In this document: positions 1-7,821 of the stretch, in pieces | Layout: the number at the start of each line of letters is the position of its first letter | Position numbering within the stretch: position 1 is the stretch's first letter | NCBI GenBank assembly: GCA_026413625.1 | Contig: JAOAKO010000004.1 | Coordinates: 1-52,253, forward strand | DNA from: Candidatus Micrarchaeota archaeon | GTDB lineage: Archaea; Micrarchaeota; Micrarchaeia; CABMEP01 | Direction of reading: 5' to 3' | Length of the DNA stretch: 52,253 bases | Translations under genes and position numbers: made by a program | Notes under the pieces: model-generated | What the model saw: the letters and a program-made list of their open reading frames with translations, nothing else | What the model was told of the DNA's origin: nothing | The model's database searches: none

Positions 1-163
1 TTGCAGGATTAGCGCCTTTACTTGCATCGGCTTTTACTCCAGGCTCTGCACTAATAAGAGGAGGGAGCATTAGCAATGAGAGGGCTACGAGTCTAGCTGC
101 TTTGCCTGCTCTTTCCACTCTGGACTTGGGTTTACTCTGCCTTGGTTCCGGCCTTTCTGCCAT
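1..163 (-). CDS. Hypothetical exported/membrane-anchored protein, 5' part only (runs off the window)
   Basis: Manual translation from ATG at 163: MAERPEPRQSKPKSRVERAGKAARLVALSLLMLPPLISAEPG..., open to the window edge; charged N-terminus followed by a hydrophobic stretch. Confidence 0.6.
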   Translation of the reverse strand, partial: MAERPEPRQSKPKSRVERAGKAARLVALSLLMLPPLISAEPGVKADASKGANPA

Positions 164-256
164 ATTATATTAATAAAGCAGAGCTATAAAAACATAACGA
201 TTCAAATCACATCATATATCCATATAGTTTATATTTTTTAGCATGCAACTTAATCT

Positions 257-1000
257 ATGGCAAAGCAAAATATTCAATCTGTAAATTGGACAACAATCGC
301 GATTGTTGCAGTGTTGGTTATAGGTTTCTTATTCGCGATTTTTTATCTTTATCCGAGAGAGACTTCGGATAAAACCGTGTCTGTAACTGGAAATGCGGTA
401 ATGCAGGTTCTTCCAGATAGAGTAGTTGTATATGCGCAAGTATTGACAAGATCAAAGGATTCTGCTGAAGAAGCAAAGAACCTTAATGCCCAGCTATCCG
501 ATGCGATTCTAACTGCTTTGATAAAGGCAGGAGTGAATAGAAGCGACATTGAAACTAGCGGATTTAGCGTTTATCCAGAATACGACTGGATACAGGACAA
601 AGGACAAGTGCTTAAGGGATACGCTGCAAGCAACTCAATGAAGATAACAATAGCTGACTTTGAAAATGCAGGGAAGATAGTGGATGCAGTTGTTAACAAC
701 GGGGGTCTAATCAGTTACATTAATTATGAATTGTCTGCACAAAAAATGAACGAATACAAAGCTCAAGCTCTCGCTCACGCGTCCCAAGATGCTAAAGTTA
801 AAGCAGAATCAATTGTCAAAGGATTAGGCAGAACCCTTGGCGATGTAGTTTCAGTGAGCGCGTCTGACTACAACTACATTCCATATCCAATATACAGGGC
901 TGAAGGCGCAACAGCAGATCTTAAAGAGATATCCACCAACCTTCCTTCTGCAAAATTAGAAGTAACTGCAACAGTCTCTGTAACTTATAAAATAAATTAA
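257..1000 (+). CDS. SIMPL (DUF541) domain protein
   Basis: N-terminal TM helix, then TVSVTGNA..V.PD, DIETSGFSVYPEYDW, GY.ASN and A..KAE motifs typical of SIMPL/YggE. Confidence 0.9.
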   Translation: MAKQNIQSVNWTTIAIVAVLVIGFLFAIFYLYPRETSDKTVSVTGNAVMQVLPDRVVVYAQVLTRSKDSAEEAKNLNAQLSDAILTALIKAGVNRSDIETSGFSVYPEYDWIQDKGQVLKGYAASNSMKITIADFENAGKIVDAVVNNGGLISYINYELSAQKMNEYKAQALAHASQDAKVKAESIVKGLGRTLGDVVSVSASDYNYIPYPIYRAEGATADLKEISTNLPSAKLEVTATVSVTYKIN

Positions 1001-1047
1001 TTTTTTATTTTAATTTTCTATTTTTTCTATATTTCGATAAATATCAG

Positions 1048-1172
1048 CGCTGGGGGCGAGATTCGAACTCGCGCAGGCCTTTTGGGCCTAACAGCTTTCC
1101 GCTTTTCTCTTTAAACTCTTTTTAAAAGAGCTTATTAGCAGGCTGCCGCCATAGCCACTAGGCGACCCCAGC
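1048..1172 (-). tRNA. tRNA-Ser(GCT) with 39-nt intron at 37/38 (intron 1097..1135)
   Basis: Acceptor GCTGGGG/CCCCAGC, discriminator G, long variable arm AGGCCCAAAAGGCCT, T-loop GTTCGAATC; anticodon loop CT-GCT-A interrupted; CUGC/GCGG central splice helix. Confidence 0.95.
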
Positions 1173-1236
1173 ATGTTAGGATTTGCAATATATAATTAAC
1201 AAGTAACGTTTTTAATTTATACCTATAAACCATATT

Positions 1237-2298
1237 ATGAAATCTAAAAATGACAAAGTGGATTTTAAAGAGTGTTATGTCTACGAAAAGAGGCCAAATA
1301 ATACTGTAAGATGCCACACATGTTCGAGAAGATGCCTTATAGGAGAAGGACACACTGGATTTTGTCTTGTCAGAAAAAACATTAAGGGAAAACTTTACGC
1401 ATTAAATTATTCTAAGATTGCGACAATGAATATAGATCCAATAGGCAAAAAGCCGCTTGCTCACTTTCATCCAAATTCAAACGTTCTTTCAATTGCGACA
1501 ATGGGCTGCAATTTCAGATGTCAGTATTGCTGCAATTGGATGATAAGTCAACCTGAAAAAATGGAAGGGGAAGACACCCCTCCAGAAAAAATAATCAAGA
1601 TCGCAGAGGAATCGATGGCAGACGGGATCTCATACACTTATACAGAACCAACAATATTTTTTGAGACCTGCTACGATGTAGGAAAACTAGCAAAAGAGAA
1701 GGGCATGTTTAACACATGGGTTACAAATGGATATTTTACAAAGGAGACAATAGATAAAGGATATGGATATATAGATGCGATGACCGTGGATTTTAAGGCA
1801 TCCGGAAATTCTCAGTTTTATAAGAAGTTTGTTTCGATAAACGATGTTGAGCCGATATATGAGAATTTGAAATACATAAAGAAGAAAGGGATATATTTTG
1901 AAATTACCGATTTGATTGTGCCTAAAGTCGGAGACAATCTAGATGAAGTGAGGGCGCTTGCGCAATGGATAAGAGAAAATTTAGGGAAAGACATAACATT
2001 TCATTTGCTTAGGTTTTATCCTTCATATAAGATGATGGATTATCCAGATACACCAATTGAAACGCTTGAGAAAGCGTACAAAATAGCAAGCGAATATCTG
2101 GATTATGTTCTTTTAGGCAATGTTCCTGGGCATCCGGGTGAAAACACCTACTGTCCGAATTGCCATTCTCTTGTGATAGGAAGATACGGATTTTTAGTCA
2201 TGAAATGGATGCTTGACAAAGATAATAAATGCACAAACTGCGGATATAAAATTCCAATTGTTGGTAAATTGAAATATCCGTTGTCTTCTTTCGGATAG
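1237..2298 (+). CDS. amrS: AmmeMemoRadiSam system radical SAM enzyme
   Basis: N-terminal CxxC..C..GFC, DPIGKKPL.HF.P, radical SAM CNFRCQYC, YTYTEP, C-terminal CxxC pairs; first gene of the operon with AMMECR1 and MEMO. Confidence 0.95.
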   Translation: MKSKNDKVDFKECYVYEKRPNNTVRCHTCSRRCLIGEGHTGFCLVRKNIKGKLYALNYSKIATMNIDPIGKKPLAHFHPNSNVLSIATMGCNFRCQYCCNWMISQPEKMEGEDTPPEKIIKIAEESMADGISYTYTEPTIFFETCYDVGKLAKEKGMFNTWVTNGYFTKETIDKGYGYIDAMTVDFKASGNSQFYKKFVSINDVEPIYENLKYIKKKGIYFEITDLIVPKVGDNLDEVRALAQWIRENLGKDITFHLLRFYPSYKMMDYPDTPIETLEKAYKIASEYLDYVLLGNVPGHPGENTYCPNCHSLVIGRYGFLVMKWMLDKDNKCTNCGYKIPIVGKLKYPLSSFG

Positions 2299-2308
2299 CG
2301 GTGATAGC

Positions 2309-2923
2309 ATGTTTGAATATTCATTAAAGGATGGCGAGATTCTGGTGGAGATCGCCCATAAGGCAATAAAAGAATATGTGCTTCATGGAGAGATAATTGA
2401 CATTAAAAGAGAATTTCCAGCTCTGCCTCAGCATCTTTTGGAAAAGAGAGGGGCATTTGTAACTCTAACAATTAATGATGAACTGAGGGGTTGCATAGGC
2501 ATTCCTCTTCCAATTCAACCATTGGTCGAGGCAGTCCGGGATATGGCGATAAGCGCCGCAACCGAAGACTATAGATTCATTCCGGTAAGCGAAAGCGAAG
2601 TCGATGAAATTCAAATCGAGATAAGCATTCTAACTCTTCCAAGGGAATTAAAATTAGAAAACAAGGAAGAAGCACCTAGAAAAATTAAAGTCGGGAGAGA
2701 CGGGTTGATAATTGAGTCGGATTGGCAAAGGGGACTGCTGCTGCCGCAAGTAGCTGTAGAAGAAAATTGGAATGAAGAGGAGTTTTTAGATCATGCATGT
2801 ATAAAGGCAGGTTTACATGAGGGGTGCTGGAAAAAAAAGGAAACAAAAATTTTAACATTCCAAGCAATAATATTTTCAGAAGATAAAAAGGGAAAAGTTA
2901 AGATGATATTACCTGAAGAGTGA
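2309..2923 (+). CDS. amrA: AmmeMemoRadiSam system protein A (AMMECR1 family)
   Basis: GAFVTL, LRGCIG, GRDGL and GLLLPQVA motifs. Confidence 0.95.
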   Translation: MFEYSLKDGEILVEIAHKAIKEYVLHGEIIDIKREFPALPQHLLEKRGAFVTLTINDELRGCIGIPLPIQPLVEAVRDMAISAATEDYRFIPVSESEVDEIQIEISILTLPRELKLENKEEAPRKIKVGRDGLIIESDWQRGLLLPQVAVEENWNEEEFLDHACIKAGLHEGCWKKKETKILTFQAIIFSEDKKGKVKMILPEE

Positions 2924-2927
2924 TCTT

Positions 2928-3776
2928 ATGAATCTTAGAAAAGCGGCTGTTGCAGGTTCATTTTATCCATCTTCAAAAAAGGAAGTAGAGGATATTATTG
3001 GGAGATTATTTTCATCTCCATCGGTCTCAGGTCTAGAGCCAGCCGAGGGCATGATCGGGTTCGTGTCTCCACATGCAGGTTACATTTATTCCGGCAAAAC
3101 TGCTGCGTATGGATATTCGAGAATAAAAAAGATTGGTAAGGATTCAACGTTTGTTATTCTAGGACCAAATCACTATGGCTTCGGTGCAGAGGTTTCAATC
3201 TATCCTAAAGGAGAATGGGAAACTCCGCTTGGAAGGGCGGTTATAGATGAGGACTTTATAAATGAATTATGCAAGGTATGCAATGGAGACATACTGATGG
3301 ATGCAAGCGCGCATCTTTATGAGCACTCCATTGAAGTTCAACTACCATTTCTTCAGTATTTGTTTGGAAAGAATTTCAAATTTGTTCCCATATGCATGCT
3401 TAATCAAAGCATAAGCATTGCGAAGGAGATATCAGAAATTCTTTATGCAACATATCTAAAAATGCATAAGAAGGGTGAAAAAGTATTTTTTATATCATCA
3501 AGCGATTTTAGTCATTATGTCCCTAAGAAAAAAGCAGAACAAGACGACTCTTTCGCAATAGAGAAAATAAAATCATTGGATGTAAAATCATTTTATGAAA
3601 CAATTGGAAAAAGGCAAATTTCCATTTGCGGATACGGTCCTATCTCTACATTAATGTTCATTTCAAAGAAGTTGGAAGTGAGAGAAATTAATCTCTTGAA
3701 CTACTCTACAAGTGCAGACGCTACCATGGATGAGAATGCGGTAGTTGGATATGCGTCTATTGAATTTTTGAAATAA
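2928..3776 (+). CDS. amrB: AmmeMemoRadiSam system protein B (MEMO1 family)
   Basis: R..AVAGSFYP, PHAGYIYSG, GPNH, W.TPLG, EHSIEVQLPF, SSDFSH, CGYGP, VGYAS. Confidence 0.95.
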   Translation: MNLRKAAVAGSFYPSSKKEVEDIIGRLFSSPSVSGLEPAEGMIGFVSPHAGYIYSGKTAAYGYSRIKKIGKDSTFVILGPNHYGFGAEVSIYPKGEWETPLGRAVIDEDFINELCKVCNGDILMDASAHLYEHSIEVQLPFLQYLFGKNFKFVPICMLNQSISIAKEISEILYATYLKMHKKGEKVFFISSSDFSHYVPKKKAEQDDSFAIEKIKSLDVKSFYETIGKRQISICGYGPISTLMFISKKLEVREINLLNYSTSADATMDENAVVGYASIEFLK

Positions 3777-3802
3777 GCGCTTAATTATACAAATTATATT
3801 GG

Positions 3803-4070
3803 TGTGGCTGGACTGGCTTAAGTTGGTTTCCAAACCAGTTAGCTTATCCATTCTTAACCTCCACTCCGCAACCCCATAGACAAGGCGTCTTGCACTTAAG
3901 GTTGCTCCTTCCGGCCTGGCCTGGTTCATGCAAGTAACCTTCCTATAGGACAGAGCTTCGACGGTTTCAGAATGGGGCTCACTGACATGGTGTCCGCCCT
4001 AAGCCTTGAGACCCCACTATAGAGGATTTGTGGTTTAGGAGACCCCTAGCCTCCCAGTCCGCCAGCCACA
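3803..4070 (-). ncRNA. ffs: Archaeal signal recognition particle (SRP/7S) RNA
   Basis: GC-rich island with complementary ends (TGTGGCTGG...CCAGCCACA); helix-8 signature AACCAGGCCAGGCC-GGAA-GGAGCAACC on the minus strand. Confidence 0.9.
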
Positions 4071-4131
4071 TAGATATTTAATGCTTAGAGTTTAAAATAA
4101 TTTACTCTTTATCATCCAGGTAGGTGAATTT

Positions 4132-4851
4132 ATGAAACTAAGGGTAATTCTAGTGGAACCGGAGTATGAGCAAAATTTAGGTTATTGTGCGCGCGTTATG
4201 AAGAATTTTGATTTTTATGATCTTGTATTAGTGAATCCGAAAGTCCAGATAGGTGAAGAGGCGAAAATGTATTCTAAGCATGCCCTTGATGTTCTTTCAT
4301 CTGCGAAAATTGTTTCAAGCCTTGAAGAGGCTATAGATGGATGTTCGATAGTGATAGGAAGCACTGCGGTTAAAAGCGGAGGAAGGGAAGTATTAAGGGT
4401 GCCAATAGCTCCAAGAGAAGCCGCAGAGGAATTTTCAAAAACAGATATGGAGGTCGGATTGCTAATAGGGCGAGAAGGAACAGGTTTGTCTAAGGAAGAA
4501 CTTGAACAGTGCGATGCAGTAATTAGAATTCCCTCTTCCGAAAACTATGGTACCCTAAACATATCTCATGCATTAGGCATAATGCTATATGAATTTAGTA
4601 TTGCGAGCAAACGCGGCATAAGTGCTCCTTCCATAAGTAGTGAGGAAAGAAAAATAATAGACAATACAACAATACGTTTGGTTAAAAGCTTAAAAGGAAT
4701 TAGAGGGGAAAGAACCACAATTCTCTCACTTAAGCGTATTTTTGGGCGTGGAATTCGCTCTGCCACAGAAGGAAAAGCGTTAATCAATTTCCTTAAAAAA
4801 CTGGAAAATGCAATAGTCAAACCAAAGAAAAATAAATATAAAAACAAGTGA
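4132..4851 (+). CDS. trmJ: TrmJ/LasT family SPOUT tRNA methyltransferase
   Basis: VILVEP...NLG..ARVMKNF, GREGTGLS.EEL..CD, LNISHA. Confidence 0.9.
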   Translation: MKLRVILVEPEYEQNLGYCARVMKNFDFYDLVLVNPKVQIGEEAKMYSKHALDVLSSAKIVSSLEEAIDGCSIVIGSTAVKSGGREVLRVPIAPREAAEEFSKTDMEVGLLIGREGTGLSKEELEQCDAVIRIPSSENYGTLNISHALGIMLYEFSIASKRGISAPSISSEERKIIDNTTIRLVKSLKGIRGERTTILSLKRIFGRGIRSATEGKALINFLKKLENAIVKPKKNKYKNK

Positions 4852-4872
4852 AAATCAAAATATTAAATAAAA

Positions 4873-5235
4873 TTATCTCTTTCTCTTGACGATCTTTATT
4901 CCCTCTGGTGTGAGAATTAAAGTGTCGTCCTTTATTCTAGCGACGTCTCCGTTGATCTTTGTAACGTATCCCTTGAGCTCGCCGATAACATTTCTAAGTC
5001 TTGTCTGCTGCTTTGAGAGCGGTCCGAAGTTAAGAAGAACAATGTTTCCTCTTGATAATTCGTGCTCTACGACGCTAACGTCTGCCTCGCTCTCGAGCGC
5101 AATCGGCTTGACGAACCTGTCTGCTCCCTCGTGAAGAACATCAACGTTCTCAAGCTCTGCGGTGTCTAGATATTCCTCTAGGTCCATTTCCTTGCTCAGA
5201 CCTAATAAGCCTGATAGTCTTTGGAGTATTCCCAT
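4873..5235 (-). CDS. sepF: Cell division protein SepF
   Basis: C-terminal SepF core (EL..GNIVLLN...L...V..INGDV..I....LILTP.GIKI); start moved to ATG 5235 behind AGGTGA. Confidence 0.85.
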   Translation of the reverse strand: MGILQRLSGLLGLSKEMDLEEYLDTAELENVDVLHEGADRFVKPIALESEADVSVVEHELSRGNIVLLNFGPLSKQQTRLRNVIGELKGYVTKINGDVARIKDDTLILTPEGIKIVKRKR

Positions 5236-5423
5236 TAATGTCACCTCTATTTCTATTTATATAGTGTAATATTAAAAAAGGTTATCTTTTTTGTTTTTTA
5301 CAGAAAGTACAAAGAATTTTTATCTAACGTCGATGATCATTAACCTTCATTTTGGCACAAACATTCATACAAACAATCAAAGATTGGTTTAAAATCTTTC
5401 ATTATAATTATTTTATTGATACT

Positions 5424-5930
5424 ATGCGCAAATGTAAAGTAAGGTTTAGATTAAACAAAAAATTGAGGGGGACGTTAGCCAGACCTTTAGGTAACGTATT
5501 TTCAGAAGAAGAGACGCTTTCATTCTTGAGAGACAAACGCAGAAATAAAAAATACAAATTGATTGCAGTTGGAGATGCAACCGGTCTTTTTCTTTCGAAA
5601 AACGGTTTTATTCCAGATCTGTGGATATACGACGGCAAGATTATGAGAAAGAAAATAAGTTGGAAATTACCATTTCCTACATATGTGGTGACAAATCCAC
5701 GCTCCCTTATCAGTAGTGAACTTTGCGATGCAATAGATGATGCACTTAGATCAAATAAAACAGAACGAATATTGGTAATCGGAGAAGAGGACCTGGCGAC
5801 TATTTATGTTCTTTACAGGGCAAAAAGAGCATTTATCTTATATGGACAGCCTGGAAAGGGAATAGTCATAATAAAGTCAGATCGCAAAACAAGGAATATG
5901 GCAGAGTCATTTTTAAGACAAATGGAATAA
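5424..5930 (+). CDS. GTP-dependent dephospho-CoA kinase family (DUF359)
   Basis: L.RPLG, AVGD, D.WIYDGK..R, NP...I, GEEDLA, YGQPGKG. Confidence 0.88.
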   Translation: MRKCKVRFRLNKKLRGTLARPLGNVFSEEETLSFLRDKRRNKKYKLIAVGDATGLFLSKNGFIPDLWIYDGKIMRKKISWKLPFPTYVVTNPRSLISSELCDAIDDALRSNKTERILVIGEEDLATIYVLYRAKRAFILYGQPGKGIVIIKSDRKTRNMAESFLRQME

Positions 5931-6128
5931 CTAGCCTTTTCCTTTTGCCAAAACTTGAAGAAGAACAAAGCAAAGTATTCCGGCAAATATTCCAAGTAAC
6001 CATGGCGTAACATTGTCTTTGTAAAAGTAGCGGTTTGCTTTAAGGGCTGCCCCTATTGTTACTGCTATAATTATCGCTAATATGATCCTTCCTCCAGTTA
6101 TAAAAACTTCACTCCATTTTGTTGCCAT
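5931..6128 (-). CDS. Small two-TM membrane protein
   Basis: 65-aa ORF with two hydrophobic helices; fills the gap between neighbours. Confidence 0.65.
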   Translation of the reverse strand: MATKWSEVFITGGRIILAIIIAVTIGAALKANRYFYKDNVTPWLLGIFAGILCFVLLQVLAKGKG

Positions 6129-6275
6129 ATTACTTTTATGTTCAATAAACTATAAAAACTTTAATTTTTCGCTGATTGCCGTATTTACATAAACCATAGA
6201 TAAGGTTTTTAAATTCAACCTTTAGTTAATAATATTTGTTTGTTACAGCTTTGCTGTAATAAAAGGTGATAAAAA

Positions 6276-6638
6276 ATGGCAAAGGAGACTATGGAATCAT
6301 TTGGTGCATGGGCATTTTACCTAGGTTTGATCGTAGCCCTTGTGCTTGCAGTTATGCCAACAGTATTAAGTGCAGGATGGACAATTCTCATCCTTGGATT
6401 TCTAGGTATTATAGTTGGTTTGCTGAACATCGGAGACAAGGAATTGCAACTATATATGATAGCAAACATTGCTTTCTTAGTGGCTGCCAATGGATTCACC
6501 GGAGTTCTAACAGCATTACCTGTGGGAACCGGAGGAATAACCTTCCTTGCAAGCTTTGTCCACAACATAATTTTGTTTGTGGCTCCAGGTGTAGCAGTAG
6601 TTGCTTTGAAAGCTCTTTATGAAGTTGCAAAGGAATAA
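6276..6638 (+). CDS. Conserved hypothetical 4-TM membrane protein
   Basis: AGGTGA SD upstream, four hydrophobic segments, GLLNI..KE loop, followed by hairpin and T-tract. Confidence 0.8.
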   Translation: MAKETMESFGAWAFYLGLIVALVLAVMPTVLSAGWTILILGFLGIIVGLLNIGDKELQLYMIANIAFLVAANGFTGVLTALPVGTGGITFLASFVHNIILFVAPGVAVVALKALYEVAKE

Positions 6639-6647
6639 ATTAAAAAA

Positions 6648-6674
6648 GTCGGCTCTGCCGACCTTTTTCTTTTT
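6648..6674 (+). terminator. Hairpin plus T-tract terminator
   Basis: GTCGGC-TCT-GCCGAC stem followed by CTTTTTCTTTTT, 9 nt after the stop codon. Confidence 0.7.
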
Positions 6675-6709
6675 AATTTTCACATATTTTTCTTTTTAAT
6701 TTTCACATA
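6664..6709. repeat. Perfect 23-bp tandem duplication (2 copies)
   Basis: TTTTTCTTTTTAATTTTCACATA at 6664-6686 and 6687-6709. Confidence 0.9.
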
Positions 6710-6746
6710 AGATAATCTTTATATATCTCTATGTCATAAACTTATT

Positions 6747-7208
6747 ATGGAAGAGATGAAATTTAAGGGAGACGAAGGCAAAGAAAAAAACAATGAAATA
6801 GCAAAGAAGGGAAGGATCGATCCATTAGATGATATAATCCACCATAAAAATCAGAAAAAAAACATTGTTTTAATTCTTGAAGACAACCAAACCGTGCTTA
6901 AATTATACGATAAGGCATTTAAAGGCCTGAACTGCAGATTTCTTACTACTCTTAAGGAAGGGGAGGAAGAGCTGAAAAGATTGGACGCTGAAAAACTAGA
7001 GCCTGCAGTCATAGTTGCAGATTTCCATCTTCCAGATGGAGAAAGTACAGAATTTATAAATAGAATAAAAGAAAGATACCCTAAAATAAAGGTAATTCTT
7101 TCTTCTTCCGATGACTCGGCAGAATTTAAAGTTAAGCACGATGTCGTATATGGAAAGGGCCAGATCCTTTCTATTTTGTTTAAAATAAAAGAATACCTTT
7201 CAGAATAA
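6747..7208 (+). CDS. Stand-alone response regulator receiver (CheY-like) protein
   Basis: LILEDN acidic pocket, ADFHLPDG phospho-acceptor Asp motif, VILSS, YGK. Confidence 0.75.
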   Translation: MEEMKFKGDEGKEKNNEIAKKGRIDPLDDIIHHKNQKKNIVLILEDNQTVLKLYDKAFKGLNCRFLTTLKEGEEELKRLDAEKLEPAVIVADFHLPDGESTEFINRIKERYPKIKVILSSSDDSAEFKVKHDVVYGKGQILSILFKIKEYLSE

Positions 7209-7247
7209 GCAAAAGGTTTTATTTTTTTATTCATATTTAATTTTTGA

Positions 7248-7344
7248 GCCCCCGTAGTATAACCTGGATAGTACGCGAGCTTGCGGACATCTCGTTTCAT
7301 TTGGCAAAAAGCTTGTAATGCGGGTTCGAATCCCGTCGGGGGCG
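7248..7344 (+). tRNA. tRNA-Arg(GCG) with 23-nt intron at 37/38 (intron 7287..7309)
   Basis: Acceptor GCCCCCG/CGGGGGC, anticodon stem CGAGC/GCTTG, loop TT-GCG-G, BHB helix UUGC/GCAA, T-loop GTTCGAATC. Confidence 0.95.
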
Positions 7345-7471
7345 TTAAGTAAATAACAAAAATTAAACTAACTAGAGAATTTAAAAATATTAACTATATA
7401 TTATATTTACTATTCTGATTAATTCAATCAGATCTAATCTTTTTGCAAAATCTAAACTAAAACGTGATATT

Positions 7472-7621
7472 ATGGGTAAGTTTCCAATAGCGGACGCAAA
7501 GCTTAAAAAACAAGTCGTATGCAGAAAATGCAAAACAAAAAACAAAGCAGGAGTAGAAAAGTGCAGAAAATGCAACTACAAATTCCTTAGGCCAAAGAAG
7601 ACTACAGTAGTCAAGAAATAA
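7472..7621 (+). CDS. rpl40e: 50S ribosomal protein L40e (absent from the ORF track)
   Basis: Manual translation MGKFPIADAKLKKQVVCRKCKTKNKAGVEKCRKCNYKFLRPKKTTVVKK; CRKC..CRKC..LRPK signature. Confidence 0.93.
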   Translation: MGKFPIADAKLKKQVVCRKCKTKNKAGVEKCRKCNYKFLRPKKTTVVKK

Positions 7622-7632
7622 CTTTTTTTCTT

Positions 7633-7704
7633 GCCCTAGTAGCTCAACGGCAGAGCGACTGACTTGTAATCAGTAGGTTGGGAGTTCAAATCTCCCCTAG
7701 GGCT
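7633..7704 (+). tRNA. tRNA-Thr(TGT), no intron
   Basis: GCCCTAG/CTAGGGC acceptor, ACTGA-CTTGTAA-TCAGT anticodon arm, GTTCAAATC T-loop. Confidence 0.96.
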
Positions 7705-7821
7705 CTGCAAATTCTCTTTTTATATATTCAATTGTAACGAAGTCGGCAAGAGCGATAAGTATTTAAATATGGACAATGTGCTATATGTATATTATTGCTT
7801 AATCATTAGATCAGTGAGCAT

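Noticed and set aside
1135..1353. 72-aa minus-strand ORF
   Set aside because: Overlaps tRNA-Ser and amrS; shadow ORF.
3663..3929. 88-aa minus-strand ORF, and RNase P RNA as an alternative identity for the GC-rich island
   Set aside because: The ORF overlaps the SRP RNA and amrB. The island has the SRP helix-8 motif and no RNase P GAGGAAAGUCC-type P4 signature.
6747..7344. Integrated element or prophage at the tRNA genes
   Set aside because: No integrase and no duplicated tRNA 3' end (att site) seen near any of the four tRNAs.
7390..7575. 61-aa minus-strand ORF
   Set aside because: Antisense shadow of rpl40e.
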